NCBI GenBank assembly: GCA_043228905.1
Contig: JBHGNT010000013.1
Coordinates: 10,292,001-10,356,000, forward strand
Length of the DNA: 64,000 nucleotides
Reading direction: 5' to 3'
From: Azolla caroliniana
Taxonomy: Eukaryota > Plantae > Polypodiophyta
Below, piece by piece: positions 52,101 to 64,000 of the stretch; position 1 is the stretch's first letter; every line of letters begins with the position of its first letter. Under the pieces are notes generated by a model, which made no database searches, was not told the DNA's origin, and was given only the letters and a program-made list of their open reading frames with translations. Made by a program: the position numbers and the translations under genes.

Positions 52101-55100
52101 TGACATCTTGACTTACGCGTACTTCCTTTGTTCAGGGGATATAGCATTTATACCCCTTCTGTTCGTCTAAGTAGCCGACTAAGATGCACTTCCTCCTCTT
52201 CACCTTCAGCACGTGTACATACGTGATGCTGTTGAAAATCCTCAAGTGTGCCAAGTTTGACTTCTTCCCAAAATACAATTCATGTGGCAACACTCCTCCA
52301 TTAGCAGAAGTTCAATTCTGTAAGTAGACAGCCGTCCTCACGGCTTCAGCCCAGTAGAATTTCGGCATGTGCTTCTCTTCAAGCATTGCCCTGGCCGCTT
52401 CTTCGATTGTCTGATTCTTCCGCTCGGCTATGCCGTTCTGCTCCGGCGTATATCTACACGAGAATTCACGTTTTCGTGAAGATTCTGGGCCATGGTGAGA
52501 AACCGGGGAATATCAGAAGAATCGGCGGGGTGCAGCATGCGCACTCACCCTTGTACAAATGGTGTAGGTGATAGGGGTGCCTTTATGGCGCCGAGTAGGA
52601 GTTAAGTCGAGACAGAGAATCCCATGTAAATCAAGATTTATCCCACATTGTAACGCATCCCTCTCCTTATTCTATAAAAGGAAGGGAGGGTCCCTTGTAA
52701 AGGGGTTGCCCGTTTTGAATTAGGAGGGTATATCGTTAGATTTAGGGTAGTTCTTGGTCTTCATCTTTCTCTTATTCCCTTAGGGTTTGTACTTTGGTCT
52801 TTCACCCTACTTCGTTTTAGAGTTTCATCTTGGTAGCTTTCTTCTTCTCCTTTGTGTCTGTTTAGGGTTGAGTCCGGTGAAGAGCTTGTATGTTCAATGG
52901 GGCTTGATTCTGCTCGGTCTCCTATGCAAGACCCTGCTCGGCGCGACGAGCCCGAGAGCTCCCCGATCGGCGGCTTGGCAGCAGACGGTTGTTGTAACCT
53001 AACCTACCTTGGTCTGGATCGAAGCCGGAGTTGTATCTGGCCCTTGTAATTATATATGAAAAAGGTTGTGCATATTTGTAATTCTGTTGGTGTCAAGTGC
53101 GTTTCTTCCCCTTTGTTTTCTGTACATAAAGGCATGAGTTAGGACGGTGTTTCATGCGTGCATGCGTGCTCTCTCTCTCTCTACCCATCTCGCCCTCTTT
53201 TCTGTTCAGTAGCCTCATGTACCCAAACCGGTAACGATCCGGTTTTGTGCTACTCTGGTGCAGCCGGTCACGGAGGGTGTCAGTCTTCCGGTACCCTCTA
53301 CTCCCTAGTCCAAGACCCCCACGGTCCCGCCTTGGATCCTACACATATTCGCGGAATATCACGACATCTTTGGTGAACCTGACGTGAAAGTCGGGAAGAG
53401 AGGACGGAGTCGGAAGACAATGACTTCGCGGAGATGATGGCCAAAGTGGTGTTGGAGTTCAGACGAGTGGTGGTGAGGTGAGAAGTAGCACAACAAGTTG
53501 TTGAGCGAGTGGTCGAAAGAGTCGACCGTTTCAATGGTGACAAAGTCTCATTCTACTTGGAAGCCTACAACGCAGAAATGGAGGTGTGAAGCGTAGACGA
53601 GACGTTGAGGTTGGAGTTCTTCTATCGGGTCATTGTCGTTCGTATGCACGCGGAAGTAAAGAAGCTTCGAGAAGCTCACAGTTCGTGGGAGGCCTTCGAA
53701 GAGGCACTCCTACAGGCATATGAAGGACAACGGAAGAGCCAACAATGACGCGGCTTCGACCAGTGGGTTGTGTCGGCGAAGACCCACCGGGGCGCAATGA
53801 AGGCGTTTCGGGAGTTCGAAGGGCGGCTTGCTCGGCTCCCGGAGCGGGAACAAAGTGTGGTGGGGGCGGACAAAGTTCTGTTGTTCATTAGGTCGATCGA
53901 CCAAGCGGAACGGGAGGCCTTCGGGATTGAGCTCGAAGACGATGACGGAGGGAATGGCCTTATCGAGGACTGGTTGGAAGTCGAACGAGTATGCCGATGG
54001 TTGGACGAGGAGCAGTCCGCGAAAGGCAAAAGCAAGATAACGCACAATGACGTGTCATCATGGCAGGAAGCGGGCACGCAACAAGAAGGATCGGCGAAGC
54101 TCGATGTCGAAGCCTTGGTCTAGGAAGCATACGAGGCTTTGAAGGTGATGGTTGAAGAAGAAGAGAGATTCGGCATGCGGATGGATTCCGAAGACTCAGA
54201 GCTAGTCGGCCTTCTGAACAAGGCGGACATGACCCAGGCAAAGGCCGAGGAATGGTACAAGGGTACCATGGGAGAGGGTGTGGAGGGAGACGCCCTCTCC
54301 ACTTGCGGAGAAAGATTGGCCGAGGAGGAGGTCGGGAGTGAAGAAGAGCCCTCCACTCGAATTCCGGGGACTCCGTCAATCGAGCCTATGTGCCGACATA
54401 AGACCGGAGAGATGAAAGGCGCCACCGAGGAGTCCTAGCATGATGCCAACGAAGATGGATGGGAAATGGCTTGCGAGGAGGTCAAGGACGGGGCCGCGAC
54501 AGAGAAAGAGGAAATGAGAGCCGGCGTCGAGTGGAGCGGAATCAGAAGTCGACCCGACTGGGGATCGAACTGGTTCGCATTCCGATTTGGTTGGAGCACG
54601 ATCCGGATGTGGATCATTTGACCGAAACCGGCTCGAGACACAGAAGACAAGGGAGAGACAGTAGAGCCGATCGACAGGGGTTGGGTTCGGTATGAAGGTG
54701 CCGAGACAAGAGAGGGTGTGGGACGAGCCGCCCTCTTTTACATGGGGAGAAAGACCGACCAGGAGAAGGTCGGGAATCGGGAAGAAGATTCGGTATGAAG
54801 GTGCCGAGACAGGAGAGGGTGTGGGACGAGCCGCCCTCTTTTACATGGGGAGAAAGACCGACCAGGAGAAGTTCGGGAATCGTGTTTGATATTTTACAAG
54901 ATCAGTAAACAACGTCGTCAATTGGGAGTAATTACTAAGGGATTTTTGCAAAAACCAGACAAAACCAAGGAATGATCGAGAGTACAGAACGAGTCCGGCG
55001 GGATCGGCATCGGACTTGAGACTTCGGACATTGGCGAATCAAGCCCAAGCGGGGCTTGATCGATCATAGAGCGCATGCTTTCCACCGACACCACTAAAAG

Positions 55101-58100
55101 GGTCGGTGGCCTGGGAAAAGTCGTCGGGAGTCGTTACGAAATCGGTATCCCCACATCTTGACCAGAGATTTCGGCAGTTCGGTTGGCGTGGCAACGTGAG
55201 ACCAAAAGAGAAGGGAGATGGTGGGGAAGCGCAAGGAAGGGGATCGACGATGGCGGGGAGAAACGAAAGAGGCGGTTGACTGAAGTATGGGTCCTCCGTA
55301 CTCGTTCCCGAGACTTAGGTGGTTGTGTCCAAGAACCAACGGAAGACCTAAGAGACGGAAAGTGGTGGCGAGGACGCGGAGGTCACGACCAATACAACCG
55401 ATTCGGAAGCGAAGAACGAAGACCAGTCCTATGGGTCACCTCACACCGGGCTAGAGACTTCGGCGGTTGGTATCGGATCCGACGTAAGACCAAGATACTA
55501 ACGGTGGCGGCAGGAGAATGGGACCTGGCAATGCGGAGTGACGGACGAGCCCGGATGGGAACCGGGCGGAGCGGACTTCCGGATAACGGATCCGGAAGGG
55601 AGGAAGAGGCAGGCCTATGGGGAGGCCGGAACACGGTTCATCGGTACCACGGGAGAGGGCGCGGAGCGGAGCAAGCCACCCTCTCAACATGCGGAGAAGG
55701 ATGACCTGAGATAGGGTCAGGAAAGACGAGAGGCCCAAGGAGGATCCTCCACACCGGGCTAGAGACTTCGGCAATCGGCAATAGAGTCGGCATAAGACCA
55801 AGGGTTTGATGGTGACGGCGAGGGGACGAGGGCAAAGGCAGCGATAGGACGGTCCTATGGGGTCCTCACACCGATCCGGAGACACTGGCAGTTCAAGCCG
55901 ACATGGCAACGTGAGACCGAGTGAGAAGGATGGTGGCGGCAGGAAACAGGAACCAGCGATACAACAGGAGAGATCGAGCAGGCATGGCGGTATCAGGGCC
56001 GGCATTGTGGCCACTAACCCAAATCAGGCCTTCCGGCAAGAATAGGAACCAACCCGGCCAGAAGACAACGCGGAAGACAGTCCTATGGGGTCCTCACACC
56101 GATCCAGAGACATCCGCAATTCAAGCTGACGTGGCAACATGAGACCGAGTGAGAAGGATGGTGGCGGCAGGAAACGGGAACCGGTGATGCGAGAAGTGCG
56201 GATGGGCGATCCTACGACAATCCTCACACCATTCCAGAGACTACGGCAATCGGCCCAAGAGCCGGCGTGAGACCTAGAGAGAAGGACAGTGGCGGTAGGT
56301 GAACGAGATCCTACAAAGCAAGGGCCGAAAAAGAGTGGAAAGAGGTATCAGGCCGACGACGCGGCCACGAACCGGATATGGAGCCGACCGACAGAGTCGG
56401 TAGGACAAAGATCGGGCGTGCTCGGTATACGGGTTGGAGACCCAACAAATCGGAGGCCCAAGAAGGATCCTTCACACCTATCTAGAGACCCCGACAGTTC
56501 GGCCAACGTGGCAACCTGAGACCGATGGTAATGGAAGGTGGCGGCAAGGGGAAGAAGGCGGCAACAACAGAAGCACTGAATAACCGAGACGACGTGAAGC
56601 CATCACGGGTCCTCCTCGGACGGAGGACACTGTGTATCCAAAGGAACGAGAAGTGTGCATGCGGTCGAAAGAAGGGCCAATGGGGAAGCACGCACACTAT
56701 GGGGTCGCAGTGAATGACCTATCGACGGGGCGAACGAGCCTACGGAGAGGCAAGCATGGAGAAGGAACCTGAGCTGACAGTTCGGACCGGCAAGGCCAAC
56801 ACGGCAACCGGAATGTGGATTACTGAAGACCGGTTCCTCACTGGTCGGAATCTCTCACCCTTCTCCAAAATTGGCACGTACCAGTGGACGTGCGGTTTGG
56901 TGGGGGCGGACGTTGTGAAGATTCCGGGCCATGGTGAGAAACCGGGGAATATCGGAAGAATCAGCGAGGTGGAGCATGTGCACTCACCCTTGTACAAATG
57001 GTGTAGGTGATAGGGGTGCCTTTATGGCGCCGAGTAGGAGTTAAGTCAAGATAGAGAATCCCATGTAAATCAGGATTTATCCCACATTGTAACGCATCCC
57101 TCTCCTTATTCTATAAAAAGAAGGAAGGGTCCCTTGTAAAGGGGTTGCCTATTTTGAGTTAGGAGGGTATATCGTTAGATTTAGGGTAGTTCTTGGTCTT
57201 CATCTTTCTCTTATTCCCTTAGGGTTTGTACTTTGGTCTTTCACCTTACACATACTCGCGGAATATGGTGACCACGTCGAATTCCCTCCTTCTGTAGATA
57301 ACATGTGAACTGGTCGGAGAAGTACTCCTTCCCGCCATCGGACCATAGGCCTTTGATCTTACGCCCTATTTCCCTTTCCACAAGGCTCTTCACCTTCTGG
57401 AAACATGCGAAGACTTCGCTCTTCTTCGCGATCGTGCATACCCACGTGTGCTTAGTGAAGTCGTCGATGAAGGTTACAAAGTAACGGCTTCCACCGAGAC
57501 TCAGATTTTGTGCTAGACCCCACACATCCGAATGGATCAAATCCAGCGGATTTCGACTACAATTACACTCATTGGGGAATGGAAGTCGGTGTTGTTTTCC
57601 CATCTGGCAGGCTTCGCAGACTTGGCCATTCCGGCCCCGAAATTTCGGCAAGCCGAAAACAATGTTCTTCGTTTGCATTTCACGAAGCCACGGGAAGTTA
57701 ATGTGGCCGAATCGCTTATCCCATAGATCAATGTTCGACTCGACCTTATGCCCTTTCGCAAACATAGCGGCGCCCACATTGTTGGTTTCGAGGATAAACA
57801 TCCTCCCTTCACAACGCCCTTGTGTGATTATCTTGCCTTCCTCTTCTATGAAGCAACCAAGATGCGTGAATCGAACTTGCATACCTTGGTCGACGATCTA
57901 TCCGACCGACACAAGGTTCTTGGTTATTGTTGGGACGTGCAACACGTTCATGACTTTCCCTTTCTGCTTGACATGGCTGAGGGGAACTTCACCGACGTGT
58001 TCGATGGTATGCGGAGTGTCGTCTCCAGTTTCGACCACTCCTTGTTTTTCCGGTCTCTCCAAGTACGAGAACCATTCCTTGTGACTCGTCATATGATTTG

Positions 58101-59195
58101 ATGCTCCGGAATCAACATACCATACCTTGCTCGATTTTGAGGTATTCACGGCCATCGAATTAGCCTAGTGCTTCATTACGAAGGTAGGGCCCGATCCATT
58201 CTCGGCTCGTTCGGAGCCCTCAACGTAGTGTGACTTTTGACGCCTTCCCGTGTCTCTTCTGCTCGATCCAGCTTTGTCCGAATCAGCTTGTTTCTTCCAA
58301 CACTCGCTCTCCCTATGGCCTTTGTTCCCACAACACCAACATTCCGTCGCGGCCTTCTCTTGCCGACTGTCGGCGCCACCAGGACTCCCCCTGTTTCCGG
58401 AGGATTCAGAATTGCTTCCGACATTTCGATTTTGCCGTCCATTCTGCTCTTTCGGACGCCTCCATTATGCGCCGATCCTGCTCGTCCGCCAAGACCACGA
58501 GGCTATCTCCCTTCGTGTACAACATCTTGCCGTCAGCGTGCGTACTCGTCGACGCACCCGCATGATTTTCCTCCACGAGCAACATTGACTGAAGCTCGAA
58601 GAACGAAGGCGTATTTTCCCTTCTACAGACCACCGTTCGGAATGCTCCGAACTTTGATGCTAGCCCACCAAGACAAACCTGCACCATTTCATCTTCCTCA
58701 ACGTTCACGTTGACGGAGGCGAGAGAATCGCAGATTCCTTTGATCTTGGAGGTGTAATCAGCCACCGACATATCTCGTTGTCAAACATTGCTCAACTCCT
58801 GAGTTGAATCTTCCTGGTTGAGATTCGCCCACGCGTCCTTTGGCGTCTTCACATCTCGAATATAGCTCAATAGCTAGTCGCTCACATAGGATGCAAAGCA
58901 GTAGAGAACTCTGCTTGCCGCTTGTTCTCAAGCCGAAAAATCCTTGTGTGTCGATTCGGGTGGTGTATCATTAGCTCCTTCGACATAACTCCAGTAGCCA
59001 TGACCAAGCAGGTACTGGTGCGTCTTGTACGACCAATATGCGTAGTTGCTCCTGTCGAGCTTCTCAGTCGGTAGTGAGCTTCCCATTCCTTTGTCCATGT
59101 TGATGTCTTATTATTTTTTCCAAAAAAAAAAACGAAGAACAACTTCAACTCTGTTTTGTCGCAAGCTTTTCTGTCAGCTGCAGAGGATACTTTCA
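49115..59195 (-). mobile_element. Near-complete Ty1/Copia: leader, gag (ATG about 59098), PR, IN, RT, RH, PPT, LTR 49127-49503, then a PBS at 49115-49126
   Basis: EKLDRSNY, CWCCGNKGHRESEC, WYVDSGASNHM, DLIHSDVWG, KARLVAKGY, QMDVKNAFL, GYTDADW. Multiple stops. Confidence 0.93.
52472..57272 (+). mobile_element. Nested non-autonomous LTR element (LTRs 52472-53366 and 56911-57272), gag-like relic, no pol, tRNA-Trp-like PBS
   Basis: TSD CACGT (52467-52471, 57273-57277); the host frame GIRR-EFSCRYTPEQNG rejoins. PBS TGGTGAACCTGACGTGAA at 53371-53388, PPT GGTGGGGGCGGA, internal 103-bp tandem repeat at 54686-54882. Confidence 0.88.
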
Positions 59196-60560
59196 AAGAT
59201 CCCACAGAAATAAGATTCTTTGTCAAGGTTTGTACACATATGACATCATTTAGCATTCCGAATGGTCCATCATCATTCTTCGGACAAAACAAGCCTTTAC
59301 CATACGTTCCACTAGGAATGTCATTTGCAGTGTACACAACTCCACCTTCTAGCTCTTTAAAATCAAAGAATCGGTCACGATTTGGACACATATGATAGCT
59401 AAGCATTGGAATGGCTAGTTGATGGCGCGATAACCAGTGAAAAGTTTGATTACTATATTTGAACTTGCAATAGCCACTGATTTTCATTTTTGCTCTTAGT
59501 TTTCAACTTTGGACAATCTTTCTTCCGGTGAACTTTTTCTCTACAAAAGGCACGTTCATCTTTGCTTGGTCGAGATTTTGATCTCCACTTATTCTCTCTA
59601 CTTCTTCTTTCAGCGACATATCATCACCAATGCTTCTACTGCTGCTTCACTAAACCTTTCAACTTTTCTTTCTGACGTAGTTCATGACTATATGATGCAA
59701 CAATTACTTCATTGAAAGTTACTTCAATATTTCCATTAAGTAGAGTAGTTTCAAGGAACTCCAACTCGTAAGGAAACAATCCTAACAACATTAACATCAA
59801 ATCTTCATCTTCAAAAGTCACGTCCAAATTCAACAAATCAGGCACCAGATATTTAAAATTGGTAATGTGTTCATTCTTCATGGTATCAAAAACATAACTT
59901 AAATGAAACTATCTTTTCTTCATATGCAACTTATTTTCACTATTCTTTTTCAAGAATTTCTCCTCCAATGCCTCCCATAATTTAATTGTAGAAGTTTCTT
60001 TACTAAATGTATACTTCTACTCTCTGGAAAGACATGATCAAATTGTACCACATGCAAATCGGTTGGTGGTCTTCCATTCTTTATCATCAACTCCTTTTGT
60101 TTTTTCTTCCTCATTGGCAATATCTAGGTCCTGTTGAAAGAAGGCATCTAGAAGCTCCCTTTGCCACATACCAAAATGACCTATTCCACAAAACATTTCC
60201 ACTGCAATTCTCATATTTGTCATTCCATCTTTTGACAAAATGTACAGGGTGGAAGTTGTCGATTTAGTCATTGTGGATATAATTTTTCTTTTTGCCATAA
60301 CTTCTATATAATAGCCACTAGATGTGAAATACCAATAAGCCTAAGAAAATGTTTTTGTTGTGGAAGATCAGACTAAGCTGCAACCATTGAGCATAATATG
60401 AAACCTTCGGCTTTGATACCAATTGTTGCGAAAGCGCTAAAGTTATTAAATAAAAGTTGAAAAAATATGAAAATAAAAAACACCATAAATATAACAAGGT
60501 TTGACTAATTTTGCCTCTGTCCTCGAACACTACCAAATTTAATATTGCTTTAAGAAATAT
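59196..60560 (-). mobile_element. Second Copia lineage (Tnt1/Tork-like): U5, tRNA-Met PBS (60410-60421), gag and protease relic
   Basis: GCTTTGATACCA; GHFGMWQRELLDAFFQQDLDIA; SYHMCPNRDRF...LTKNLISVGSL. Confidence 0.8.
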
Positions 60561-61610
60561 TACAAAAGAAAAAGAAATAAGACCTAACTATTATATATGA
60601 GTTTGGAATGGGATCATAAAACCTAAGAGAGGGGAGTTCTATTTATAATACAAGACCTCTCCCCTCTAAGTATGTGTCATAGGACTTATCTTCTATGACA
60701 CTTAGTTTATGATACAAGGAGGTGGGATGTTCACACACTTGGGTATTCCTAAGTTGTGTTCCCACACTAGGGAAGTTGAGTTTGATTCTCAACACACCCC
60801 TCAAACCCAACTTCCGATCGTCGAATAGTTGGTTCGAACTAGTCTTTGGCTTCGGCTACAAACAATCGGCTCACTCCTGTGTTCATTCTGCTCCGTTCGA
60901 CATCGTGTCAGACAACTCCTTATCCTCACTACCCCTCAAGCGCGGCCGGTTAGCAGTCGAAAGGTCTAGGTTCATTGTGAACTGTTGTAACTTGTCGGAT
61001 CCTAGGGCCTTCGTGAAGATGCCAACCGCTTGTAGATTTGTACTGATGTATTGTAGTTTGACATCTCCGACTAGGACACACTCTCGAATGAAGTGATATT
61101 GCACCTGAATGTGCTTGGTCCGAGCATGAAAGATTGGGTTCTTAGCCAAATGAATATTGCTCACGTTGTCGCAATAAAAAATAATCGGATCTATGATGGG
61201 AACGTCAGATCCTTCAAGATTCATTTAAGCCAAACAACTTCACGTGCGGCAACTATTGCACCCCAATATTTGACCTTTGTGCTCGATAGTGCGACTGTCG
61301 GCTCAGCTGCTTGTTGCTACTCCATGATATGGCTCCGTTGTCGATGGAGAAGACGAACCGACTGTTTCTTCATCGTTTGTCGGCTTTGTAGTCGGCCCAG
61401 TCGGTATCGGTGTACCCTTCGAGTCGAACCAGTGTGACCGATTTGTAGAGGATGCTGAAATGCATCGTCCCACTTACATACCTAAGTACTCGCTTAGCGT
61501 AGTCTAGATGAATATTGCGCGGTGTTTGCATGAATTGGCTAAGGAGCCCGATTGGATAACTGAGGTCGGGTCGGGTAATGGTGAGATAGGTAAGACTTCA
61601 GACTAGGTGT
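60424..61610 (-). mobile_element. Copia RT/RNase H end, PPT and LTR (60424-60794)
   Basis: YLTITRPDLSY, ARTKHIQVQYHFIRE. TTGAGGGGTG followed by TGTTGAGAATC. Confidence 0.82.
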
Positions 61611-61679
61611 CAATAGTGGTCAGTATTGAGTCAACTCATGCTCCTCTGTACTGGAATCAACATCCAACTTCAGATTTCG

Positions 61680-64000
61680 ATCAAGAATCGCATTGAACCC
61701 CTTAGAGACTGGAAGATCTGTGATGAAGTCGAGAGCAATGGATTGCCACGGCTTGCTTGGAATTGGTAATGGTTCTAATAAACCATATGGATGATGCCTT
61801 GGCATTTTCGCTCTGCAGCATGTATCACAAGTCCGAACAAAATCTTCGACAAATTGTCACATACGGGGCCACCAGAATGATCATTGTACTAAATCTAATG
61901 TTTAAGTACTATCGAAATGCCCAGCTGTATATGTGTCATGACAGTTTTGTACTACTCGAAGGCGGCAAGAACCATTAGGAACATACAAAAGTTCTTTAAA
62001 GAAGAGTAATCCATTGTGGTATTTGAATTGCCGATAGTCCGTACCTGGTGGTTGCTATAGTGAACACGACGCTCGAGAGGGATCAATTTGTGCTAGTATA
62101 GCTTGGGTGAAATCATCTGTCTTCAAGTCCGCACTTATGATATTGATAACATGGGAATCCATGGGCATGCCAAAAACCTGTGTTGCTTGCAGTCGTGCCG
62201 GTCCCAAGATTACTTTCTTTTGGTGGCTCGCCGGGACGCGGTGTTAGATACGGACACCGTGATAATGCATCTGCCTTCCCTTGGTGCTTCCCCAGACGAT
62301 ATGTAATTTTGAAGTCGAAACGCGTGAGGAAGTGGGCCCACCGAGCTTGATGTCGATTTAACACACGAGCATCCTGAAAGTAGGCCCAAGGTTTTTATGG
62401 TCACTGAATACGATGACTTGATGAGAGGATCCCTCTAAAAAATGCCTCCATTGCATAAACGAGTCCACTATTGCCAATAGCTCCTTATCATGAATTTCGT
62501 AATTGATTTCGGCAGCGTCAAACTTGCGTGAGTGAAAAGCCACAGGATGTAGCTTCTCATCATGACCCCGTTGTGACAAAATGCTCCCCAATGCGAAATC
62601 TGATGCGTCAGCTTCGATAATGAATGGTTGTTCTAGATCGACATGAGCTAGAATTGGAGTCGATGTAAATGCCTTATTAAGATTCTCGAAAGCCATATCT
62701 GCTTCTTTAGACCAAACGAACGATTGTCCCTTCCTGCTAAGCTGTGGGAGAGGCAAAACGAGCTTTGAGTAATCTTGTATAAACTTCCGGTAAAAATTGG
62801 CAAAGCCTAAAAAGCATTGCACATCCCGCACCGAGCGCGGAGCCTGCCATTCCACCACCGTCTTGACCTTAGCTGGGTCCATGGAGATGCCTTCTGATGA
62901 AATGACATAGCCGAGAAATTCGACATGGTTGCACCCGAAACTACATTTTTCTAGCTTTGCGTAAATACCATGTTCTCGAAGTCGTTTTAGTAGTAACAGT
63001 ACATGAGAATCATGCTCTTCTTCGGTCTTTGAATAAACCAGTAGATCATCCAAGTAGATGATCAGACACACATCCAAGAGATCTCAGAATATATCATTTG
63101 CCATGTGTTGGAAGACTGTTGGCACATTAGTGAGGCCGAACGGCATGACCGTATACTCGAAGTGCCCATATCTAGTGTGGAACGCGGTCTTCCATTCATC
63201 TCTTGGTCGGATCCGTACGAGGTTATAGCCCCCCCGTAAGTTGATCTTTGTGAAGAACCTGGCACCATTGATCCGTTCTAAAAGACTTGAGATAAGGGGA
63301 AGTGCATACTTATTGCGGATTGTAACTTTATTCAAGCCACGGTAATATACCACCAGACGAAGTGAGCCATCCTTTTTCTTGACGAAGAAAATGGGTGCGC
63401 CGGCTAGAGATTTCGAATGTCGAATGAATCCATTCTCCAAATTCTCCTCTATATAGGCTCGAAGGACTTCTAGCTCGGTTGGTGACAAATTGTAGATCAG
63501 TCCCCATGGTGGCTCTTTCCCTAGTTGTAAATCGATGGGGCAATCATATGGTCGATGGTGAGGAAGCGTATTGGCTCGTACTTTATCGAATACATCGGCA
63601 TAATGATGATACTTCTTTGGAAGCTGAATGGTGGACTCCTTTTTAATGGTGTCGGAGGGTTTGAGTGATATTGCAAAGAGAAACATTTCTTCCTTGCGTC
63701 CTTCTTCCCGCAACTGATGTAGTGAAATGGTGGCAATTTTCTGAGTAGATCCTTGGGTTTGTCGACACCGGATTTCTCTTGTTCTCCAATCTATGTCTGG
63801 GTTATGTAACTCGAACCATGGTAATCCCAAAACAATGGGATGTTCTGGGATACTAATAATGTTAAATGATACTACACATGCTAAGTTATCTAGGACAATA
63901 TTAACGGGTTCTGACTCTTCTAAGATATTTCCGGAAGCAATGAGACGACCATCAATGACGACTACAGAGGCTGGACACAGGAGTTTTCTAAGAGATATCT
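61680..64000 (-). mobile_element. Chromovirus-type pol (protease end, RT, RNase H, partial integrase), same family as 801-3990
   Basis: [65 protein letters not shown]. Confidence 0.93.

Noticed and set aside
54900-56900. Many 60-190 aa ORFs on both strands
   Set aside because: Expected in GC-rich repetitive LTR-element interior. No recognisable domain.

Overview
Eukaryotic plant nuclear DNA. A fern or other non-seed plant is my inference from the element spectrum, not something I can prove here. Most of the window is nested retroelements: Ty3/Gypsy chromoviruses, several Ty1/Copia families, L1- and RTE-type LINEs, at least five solo LTRs with target-site duplications, a non-autonomous LTR element with a tRNA-Trp-like PBS, and an 8-bp-TSD MITE. 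Host genes are a two-exon AGCVIII kinase (AGC2/OXI1-UNICORN-like, 20610-23182 +), a six-exon phytoene synthase (39072-41813 +) and a P-class PPR gene (45417-47810 -). There is also a U6atac minor-spliceosome snRNA gene with its USE/TATA promoter (24300-24427 -), which the ORF track misses, plus decayed MAPK and PLS-PPR fragments. The most interesting signals are cis-elements inside the retroelements: (1) an antisense tRNA-like A/B-box module in the U3 of several dissimilar Gypsy-type LTRs; (2) a Tf1-type self-priming PBS, with a fold-back rearrangement that breaks exactly at it; (3) a covarying hairpin enclosing the PPT in four Copia copies with dissimilar LTRs; (4) a conserved peptide tail beyond Copia RNase H; (5) two LINE clades inserted in (GA)n tracts. 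All identifications were made by eye and none was database-checked.
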